The notes beneath the pieces were generated by a model. That model did not search any database. It was not told the origin of the DNA and saw nothing but the letters and a program-made list of their open reading frames with translations. The translations under genes were made by a program, and so were the position numbers. A stretch of 61,023 nt of DNA, counting the filler, from Rhabdomonas costata (taxonomy: Eukaryota), in NCBI GenBank assembly GCA_019059605.1. It is 14 parts of 14 records of this genome, joined end to end, with 100 filler letters (N's around TTAATTAATTAA, not from the genome) between each part and the next. Parts side by side here need not be neighbours in the genome. Positions count along the whole stretch, not along the records: positions 52,436 to 56,680 come from JAHMHO010000302.1; positions 56,781 to 61,023 come from JAHMHO010000303.1; 12 more parts are not named here. The stretch is one strand, 5' to 3'. The first letter of the stretch is position 1. The number at the start of each line of letters is the position of its first letter. Shown piece after piece: positions 52,504 through 61,023 of this stretch.

Positions 52504-55500
52504 CAAGTACGGTGATTTCGGACGAGCAGGCTGCGGGAGGTTCTGCATCGGGCCAGAAGGACGAGGACGCCAAGGTGCGTGTGCGCTTGTCTGTACGAGG
52601 CAAGTCGAGGGCAGTGTTTCTGAAGCAAAGCATTCCTCGCTTAAAGGCAGTTGACACCGCGAAGAAAGGAATGAAGAGCATGTGTAGGAAGAGCAGAAAC
52701 ACCAGGGTGTATGTAGGCGAAGAGGGATATCCGGGTATTTTGCGTTTCTCTGACGTTGACGTGGGACGAAAGAGCAACCACCACACACTAAGGTCGAATT
52801 GGGTCGAAAAACAGCGTTCTTTTCAGGGACACCCGCATGACCCGCGTGACGGTGTATTGCCTCCGCTCAGGTGATTACTCTGGGGGACCAGCAGTTCCTC
52901 CTTCGCTCGATGCATCTGAAAGATGCTGCGGAGTGCTTTTCTGTGGGGCAAAATCTTTTCACCTCACAGCTCGCGTCCACCCTTTACCGGACATGGGACG
53001 AATATAAGTGTGTGACGGACCTCCCTGTGCACCTCTTTTTTCCCTCTTTGTGCAAGCCCCATGATTTTTTCTGGATGTTTGGGACATGTGTTCCAATGTG
53101 CAGTCTTTCTTGGTGGGAAATGGGTTAATGAGCAATACAAGCCCAATTCAATCTTTTACAGTGGTCCTGTTCATTGTAATATGAGCTTTTTGAGAGAGAG
53201 AGAGAGAGAAAGCCTCTACGAGCCGAAGAGGGGATCCTCTCTCCCCCTTCATTCAGAGTGTCATCATCAAGGATCCGGCTCTAGCGGGACCCGAGGTCCT
53301 GCGCCATCGCTCATTTCCACATTTCCTCACCCAAAGAGAGAGAGAGAGAGAAAGGGAGGGAGAAGCTAGTCTGGCGCACCTTCCGCCCAGAACTCAAATT
53401 TAAGTTCCCCATGCGTGTTGGTATCTCTCTTGGTTGTGTTGTGTTGTGTTGTGGTGCTAAGGTGGGTCTTGCGTTCGTGGTTGTTGCGTCTCTGTCTCTT
53501 AGCCGATCTTATGCGTGTCGGGGGTGTTTGCGAGCCATCAGAGAAAAACAAGCTCACGCAAGCCATTTACCATGTACAAACACCATACTTACCTAATTAA
53601 CCTAGCGCGACAGAAAGATCTCCTAGTGGTAATCGCGTCCGCATCAGCCAGCGTTATGTGCTTTCAGCGCAACCATTTTGTGTCTTTCCGCAGCCTGGTG
53701 GAAGCGCTGTACACCACTCCCGAGTTCTGCCTTGTGGCCCAGAACATTACCCAAGACAATGCCCCCGCAGAGCTTCCCGAGGAGGACTCGAAGAAGGTGA
53801 GGCCGCGCAGCCCTAGCAGAAGGCCACCGCACCCCCACCCGCACACGCACAAGTCCAACATCGTCGGATTTGTGCTGGCGTGCATCGCCCGGTAGGCCTG
53901 CACCTGATCTCTATGTGTGCCCTCTCTCTGGTCACCGCTCAGCGCAACCTGCCGTTTGCTTCCAGCGAAGCAGCTTAGCTGCTGTGTGGCCTTCCATCTG
54001 CATTTATCTTTTACTGCGCGCTTCCACCGTGACCCGCTTATGCCATGTGACATGTTCATCACTCTCTAACTGCTTGTGAGATGCGATGAGGGTGGGAATC
54101 CCTACTGACTCTCGAATTCTACCCTTTTCGATGTCCGCGATGTTTCACAGTGTTGCTTTGGGATTCGTCAATTATCTTCCCTCCACACATCAGGAAGGCG
54201 AACGGGCCTCCCACGGGCTATGTGGAGTGGGTCGGGATTCGCCCCTCCTACCAACGGAAGGGGCTTGGCATGGCCCTCGTGAAGGAGGCGGTCCGACGCA
54301 TGTTCGTCGAGGAGGAGGGCCATGTGGCCCAGGTCGCTGTGTGCGTTGTTTCTGCACTTGCCCATCATCTTACGCGTTAGTTGCAGGTCAGAAATCGCCG
54401 TCCGTCCGTCATGTGCTGTCATTCAGGGGGTGCGTTCTGTGGGGTGCACTGAAAAACCGCTCTGCACCTGCAGGTCATTGCGGACACACCTCTGGTGAAC
54501 ACCCCGGCCCTGGGGTTCTTCAAGCACCTCCACTTTGGCATGCCAGAGCCTCACGTGTACATGCACATGAACCTTGAGAAGCCTGCCGCAAGCTGCTCAC
54601 CTCTATGCGGTGCGCTGCTATGCACTGCCGCGTATGGGATGGCCGAAACAAAGAATGCGTCCCCTCGAATGGGCCGAGCGCGGAGTCCTTTCAATGAACC
54701 TCGGCTTCACACAGACACACCACACACACACCATTCCTGAGGAGTCTGATTAGTCGGATGGCGTCGTTGAGAGGTGCACAAGACCCCCATTTGGCAAAGA
54801 TGAGCCACAAAAAATGCGGTTGCGCGCCGTTTTTTTTCTGGGACTGGACCTGCAAATCATATATCCGCTTGGGAACTCGGTACAAAAGCATGGACTAGAT
54901 CAACACCTGAAAAAGCCTGGTTTATTTTTTCACTGCTGTGCTTCTGCGTTAATGTTTGTGCCGAAACATGCAGGGTCCTCGTTGGTACCTGCATCACCGG
55001 CGAAGCCTCGGCGCTCCCCGTCGCGCAGCACCGCGGGTGCTCCCTCCTTTGAGAGCGGGGGGAAGCCTCCTGCTTGCGTTATCAAAACGCGGGAGATCAG
55101 GCTGGACGATCTTTACAACATCTACGAGCTAGGCGTGGTTCGAGATTTCTCAACCCCCCCCCCCATCTCCCTGAACCTGTCTCACCAAGTTCACATCGCA
55201 GCTATGCACTATTTCAGCGCAAAAAAAGCTAAAGTGAGTGGATCAACCCGACGTGCGCGGGTTGTTTGCGGATAGTTTTGGTGGATTCTGATCACTCTCA
55301 ATGCATCTCCAGATTCGATACAAAACCGCCGTTGAACCCTCCGCTGGATGGTGCAAGAAGCGGCGCAAAAGGGTACCGTAAGAGCCGCCAAGGCCGAGGG
55401 TGAAAGGTCAGGAAAAATTTCGTGAGGCCTGATGTACACACAAAAGACCCCAGGTTTGCTTCGGCTTTGCCCTCTAACCATTCTGCCTTCTAGTAATCCG

Positions 55501-56154
55501 CGCCATGCCCCAAAGCAAAGCAAAACGCAACAGAATGTGAAAGCAATGTGGAAACAGTCTGAACTTAGAATCGTCCAATTCGCAAGACTACAGCCCCCCA
55601 GCAGGGCTATAGGGTTATCGTACGATTACACAGGCAGCGTGTGCTCGCGAAGGACATTTTTTCAGTTTTCATCTTTCTTTTCATTCACGCCTGGATCCAT
55701 CCATTGCCTAATCTTCTCTCTGTCCCAACTCAAGAAATGCTGTCTTCACTTTTTACCGTCTCCCTAAACCCATAAGTCCAAATGGTGTGGTTTTGATAAC
55801 ATATCTTCAATAAGGTGGCACAGGCAACATCCTTTTATTATCGTCGGGTGTTGCCAAAACTTCCACAGACCTTGCGCTTTCGTTCTTTGCAAACGTTTGA
55901 AAAACGTAACCTCCTTTGATATGTACATGGTGCTCAGGCACAGTTTTATTGGTTTTTATTCGGCTCACAGGAGGTCTATGCAGCGCACAGCACACTGCAG
56001 AGGATCTGGTCTGAGGACGAGGTGACCTCCTTTTTTCTGACTGACAGCGAGTATTGCATGGTGGCGGAGACGAAGGAGGGCGAGCTGGCGGGGTTCGTGC
56101 TGGGAGAGGTCATTTGGAGGCCTCGTTGGCACTACGGATACGTCGCCTGGATGG
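52504..56154 (+). CDS. Tandem double GNAT-family N-acetyltransferase, bacterial-like, partial
   Basis: GT-AG exons 52504-52574, 52871-53007, 53694-53796, 53854-53891, 54194-54332, 54474-54609, 54974-55137 and 55971-56154. Domain 1: LYRTWDEYNLV..PEFCLVA..IVGFVLA..GYVEWVGIRPSYQRKGLG..NTPALGFFKHLHF. Domain 2: REIRLDDL..LQRIWSEDEV..DSEYCMVAE..LAGFVLG..YGYVAWMG. Confidence 0.85.
53211..53335 (-). repeat. Copy 3 of the ~125-bp repeat, inside a GNAT intron, flanked on both sides by (GA)n
   Basis: (GA)n at 53192-53209 and 53335-53351; reverse complement of copy 2. Confidence 0.9.
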
Positions 56155-56780
56155 GTATGTCGCTTTTTGCGAGGGGATGCAACTGTTGAGCAAGGATAAT
56201 GATTTGCTTTCCGATCATTCCAATGACAAGGGCATTCGTCCTTTGTCATTGTAAAGTTATTTTGAAAACCATTTTTAGGTTCCTTCTCCTTCTCCATTTC
56301 GTTGCACTCAGTCCCTTTTCTTCCGGATGCTGCGGTGACTTTTTGGGAGCCCTTCTGACCCGTTGTCTTCATCACGCCGAGCCCCCTCCCTCCTAACCTG
56401 ACAATGCAACGTCAGTGAGGAGCATCCCGAAAAAATTGTTACACTCAGTAATGCAAAGCAGCGATCAACCACGACAGAATGCATCCAAGGGAACCGAAAT
56501 CGCAAACAGCAAAAAAAAAAGCCTCCGCATCACAACACCATTGTTGCCCCTATTATATTTCCTGAACCAGCACAGTGGGATGAAGTGAATGGATGAAAAG
56601 AAGATGTCTCAATTGCCAATCTTGAAACCCGAAAAACAAACATGTGGCTGGCACAGAGTATTTGTAGCGTCACAAACAAANNNNNNNNNNNNNNNNNNNN
56701 NNNNNNNNNNNNNNNNNNNNNNNNTTAATTAATTAANNNNNNNNNNNNNNNNNNNNNNNNNNNNNNNNNNNNNNNNNNNN

Positions 56781-59700
56781 CACCCTACTGTTGTCTTTAT
56801 TGTATCTTCTTCGAAAGTGATGCTGTTGAATAATGAACTTGGATTTAAACGCAAGCGTATTGAAGCCATTTGCGACGTTCATCAGAGTACCAAGGGTACC
56901 AATCATGTTGGATACATTGGGCAAAAAGGCATCGGCTTTAAAAGTGTGTTTCGGGTATGTGATCGACCCGAGATTCACTCGAACGGGTTCCACATTCAGT
57001 TTGACTGTTCAAAGGACAACATTGGGTTCGTGAAGCCTACATGGCTAATGTCAAAACCAACAATCCCTGAACCTTTCAGTCGGCTCTGTGCTGAAAAATG
57101 GGGAACTGTCATTAGTCTACCTCTGAAGCCCGAGTTCGCTAATCCCACATCTGCAATGGCTCGTTTCGAGGACGTTCAGCCGAGTTTACTACTTTTCATG
57201 CACCGTCTGCGTTGTGCAGCACTTCAGAAACCCCATGGTTATACGACGCGTGGACCGCGACAAGTTTGTTGAGGTTCACCAGGAATCTTTGATCGACGTC
57301 TTTGACACGCAATGTCATGTTGACTTGTTCTTTGTCGCCTGAAAGGTTGTTGACATCCCTACTCACATTCGCAGGAACGAGCAAATCATCCGCCAGACCG
57401 AAATCGCTATTGCTTTTCCAATGGTGGAAGATCCTCGTGCATTGCGCTTTCAGCCGGTTTTTGCCTACCTTCCCCTTCGGGCGGTTGGCTTTCGATTTTC
57501 AGGCTGATTGGATTGTACCTGCCTCACGTGAGGACATTGACCGCTCCGTGCCTTGGAATCACCACATTCTTGAAAGAGTACCTGGGCTCCTTGCTGAAGG
57601 TATTTTGTCGATGCAAGCCCAAGCCACGGCACAGACCATGGTGAGTGTTGCCAATCTTTCGTTTGCATTCCTTCCCAGTTCAAACTCCGACTTGGCCTTT
57701 TTCAACGCGGTTCCTGCCAAAGTGATAACCTTGTTGCGCGACCAGCCTTGTGTCCTTCGTGAGGATGAAACTTGGGGAGTTCCGGAGCGTGTTGTTGTTT
57801 GCGATAATTCTTCGTTCATGGAACTTATCTCATCCGCAAACCTTCGGGAGCTCAGGGTTTGAGTTACTTGCACCCTGATGTTGAGCGTGTTTCCTTGTTA
57901 AGGGAGTTGGGCGTGAAAACTTTACAATGGCAGGAGATGATTCCCATTCTTTGCCACCTTCTGTCAACGAAAACCAAAACGGTGGTGGAATTGAGTGCAT
58001 CGAACACTTCCGGAGTATATTTTCAACAATGCAAGCGATCCTATTTGGAACGAATTGAGGGCAGCAGTGACCATTCCTCTTGAGGGAGGTCGTTTCTGTA
58101 GTGCACTTGAAGGTGGCGTTTTTTTCACCCCGAGCACCAAGGGTTCAAGAAGAGAATTGATGACCATGTGATCACTATCCGCAATGTCGTCTGCAAGGAG
58201 GCTGCAGACATCAACTGCGAAACAGGGAAGACCCTTTCTACAATGCTTTTGGAGCTTGGTGTGCGCGAAATGACTGTGCTTGATCTTCTGGATTACACAA
58301 TTGCGTTTCATGCTAAACTCCCGTCTGAGCCGCCAGCAGATATTCGTCGGCAGGTGATCAGTCATGCACACTTTCTTTCTGGTCACATTGCGGCTCTTGA
58401 AGTTGATCATGAAAGGGTACAAAAATTGCAGAAGCATTTCATGGTCTGCACCACTTCCGGTTTATTGGTGATACCAAGAACTTTCCGGTTTATTTTCGTC
58501 ATCATTTTGGAGTTCCTTTGACTCTGGATACTATCGCCACTGAACCAGTGCGGTTCCATTTTCTCAGCGAAGAATACATCAGAACTGGAGATAATGTTTC
58601 ACTCCTGCGAAAGTTTTTCAGTCGTTTGGGATGTTGGGAGTTTTCGCTGTAGTGCCTGCACCTAACCTGCCTGCCCAAGTTCGTGACTGGCACAGCCCTG
58701 ATTTTGAAATTGTGGTGTCTTCGTTGACTGCCAAAGGTCTACTTACTTCCCGTGAGGCTCTTGGCCGAAGTTGGGAATTACTTTGCCAAGTCTTTAGCCG
58801 CTTTTGCGTGCTATGGCAATCTTACACTCCCTTCCTGCGCAGACTTAATTCTCAAACAACATTGGGGTCGTCTGACACACCCTCTTTGTTTGTGTATCAA
58901 CTCCGAGAGTTGCTTTGGATTCCCAGTTCTGTCGATACCCTGCGATGCTCTGGGCACCTCTACACTGATCTGGTCCGAGCGAGTACTCTTCTTGGTGACC
59001 GCGCACCCGACCTCAGTGTGGCTTGCGCCAGTCCCCCAGCCGAAATGTTGCGTGAGCTGGGAATGATGGTGGAGGTCACTGTTCCTGCACTTATAAATGA
59101 GCTGATGAAGTGGTCCAACGAAGCCGGGCCCTCGTTTACAATGTCTCTCAAGCGAATGCGTAGAATTCTGATGCAGCTGACGAAGGAGCTTTCTCGCTCG
59201 CGGGACATGGTTATCAGTGAATTCCAGCAATCGCCGCTACTGTGGATTCCTGATTCACCCACTGCGTACAGCAATCCGGAGGTAGATACCCCTCAACTGG
59301 GCCGCTTTTACTACACGCGAGATTGCTGTTGGAAAGACGACTCTCGCACGTGCGGAAATCGGATTTCGTCCACTGCATGCCCATTTCCCCAATAACAAAG
59401 ACATTCTGTTCCCGTTGGGGGTTCAGTCCAGACCCACACCTGGAAATATACTTTCGTGCGTTGCGGGTACTCGTGATACAGCCTCTTGCGAACGTCAAAC
59501 CATCTCTGATTTCTGTATTTACTGCTCTTTATGAAACCATTGAGCCCGCTGAATACGATTTGGTGCGTAAGTTCGCCAATGAAATAGCCATGATTCCATG
59601 TCTCGATGGCTGGTGCCGCCTTACTGACCATCCAGTTCTGGACGACGTTCGGCTTGATCAGCTGACATCTTCCTTGCAGGCTCGGGGCATCCGAGTGGTG

Positions 59701-60861
59701 GCCGTTCCTGAAAAGCAGGAAGTACTCTCGTTTCTGATTGCGTGTGGTGTCACACGTCTGCGGGACGTTTTACAAGTGGAGCCTCTATTCGATGAGAAAG
59801 TGAATAATGAAGCAGCGGCAGAGGCTTTGGTGCGATCACTCCCCTGGCTGCAGCATTATGTCATGCTGGTAGAGAACACGAATTTGCTGCTCGGTTTTCT
59901 GGTGAGATCCCCGCGCAGCTCAGCTCCGCGTCTTGGTTGTTCGAAATCTTCGCGCACAATGCAGAGTTTTTGAAGCTTTGGTCGAAGACCCGCGCTCATG
60001 CCTGCATCTTCGCTCTGAATCTTCGGAACCATCCCCACCAGCGCGTTACATAGATGCTACCTGTAAGAGCTACAGCTGTGTCTTTGCGGTGTTGTGCCGG
60101 TGTGTGATTGGTGTTTCGAATGAGACTATCGCTCTTCGGGTTGAATTGCATCGGAAGAGCCTCGATGAAAGCAGTGACCTGCCCAATATGATGGGGTTTT
60201 TGCCACGGAAACTGGATAGTCTTGAAATCGGAGGAGTGACTCCTCCAGTCTCAGAACCGCTTCTGCTGCCACGATTTCGGACTCAGCCACAGCATTTTGT
60301 GCCGTTCCAGTGTTGTCCTCCGCCGCGCTAAAAGAACATGAGGTGATGGAAAGTGTAGATCTCTGCAGTTCAGGAATGAGTGATTGGTTGCAGCGAAACT
60401 CCAAGCAGCCTTCAGAGACATCCCGTTGGACGGAGGAGCTAGTTTACCGCAAAGTTTGTGAATTGTACGGCGAGGCAAATGTAGACTGGGTTAACCGCAG
60501 CGAAGAAGCGGGCCGGCCTTACGACATTTGGGTGGGCTCCTCGCAGTCGGACGCCGCAGAGCTCTTTGTTGAGGTAAAGTCCACGACTTCTGTAACGAAG
60601 CACTTCTTCGAAATATCTACGGCGGAGCTGGATTTTCTTCATGGAAAGGGGGAACGCTATGAGATTTGGCGGGTTTACCATGCGGGCACCAGCCATGCTC
60701 TAGTTGCCATTCTTCCGAACCCGTGGAGAAAACTCGCGGAAAAAACGTTCAGATTTGCCTATTTATTTGAAAAACCCGTGCAGAGTACTCAAAATGTTCT
60801 TGGTGATGTTGCAAAAGTGTTTCTTGTGTTGCATTGCGTTTACGTTTCTGCTTCTGTGTGA
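56781..60861 (+). pseudogene. NO VEIN/sacsin-like protein (GHKL ATPase N-terminus, DUF3883/NOV C-terminal domain), intronless and disrupted
   Basis: NNELGF..IEAICDV..STK..YIGQKGIGFKSVF..PEIHSNGF; QPVFAYLPLR..GFRF/QADWIVPASREDID; C-terminal WTEELVY..WVN..EAGRPYDI..FVEVKST..FEIS..E..YEIWRV. In-frame TGA at 57340 and several frameshifts (~57235, ~57500, ~58500, ~59350 and others). Confidence 0.85.
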
Positions 60862-61023
60862 GCCATTCCGCAGTTTCTCAGAGAAGAATTGGTGTGGAAC
60901 CCACAAATCCTGCAAAATTTTTGCTCATTTCACCCAATGCTAATAATATTAGAGTAGTAGTAGATTGTCGGCAAAAATACGTTGCCGTCGTTTCATCAAA
61001 AATTCCAGTCCATACACCAACAA

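Noticed and set aside
4263-56780. Regularly spaced TTAATTAATTAA palindromes (~4.36-kb period) as a biological array
   Set aside because: Always centred in 100-nt N runs. This is an artificial six-frame-stop linker between similarly sized contigs, so no gene cluster or system can be inferred across contigs.

Overview
Eukaryotic nuclear DNA, most likely from a euglenid (Euglenozoa): it carries a paraflagellar-rod gene, an articulin-like VPV-repeat gene, euglenozoan-type receptor cyclases and many short spliceosomal introns. The window is not one locus. It is 14 unrelated contigs of about 4.25 kb joined by 100-nt N-TTAATTAATTAA-N linkers, so adjacency across linkers has no biological meaning. 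Partial genes reconstructed exon by exon: Fused/STK36 kinase, ankyrin-repeat protein, articulin-like protein, Cache-TM-HAMP cyclase, EF-hand+WD40 protein, Thr-rich secreted protein, a WD40 C-terminus, PFR, a cyclase C-terminus, an RRM protein and a double GNAT acetyltransferase. There is also an intronless NO VEIN/sacsin-like pseudogene and CpG-eroded retroelement relics. The best leads are (i) two paralogous box C/D snoRNA candidates apparently inside a PFR intron, with no target I can recognise, (ii) a structured ~125-bp repeat tied to (CT/GA)n microsatellites in three independent contigs, (iii) a bacterial-type GNAT that has gained introns and duplicated internally, and (iv) a duplicated exon that is near-identical while its flanking introns are unrelated. 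All homology calls come from motif recognition by eye, not from searches.
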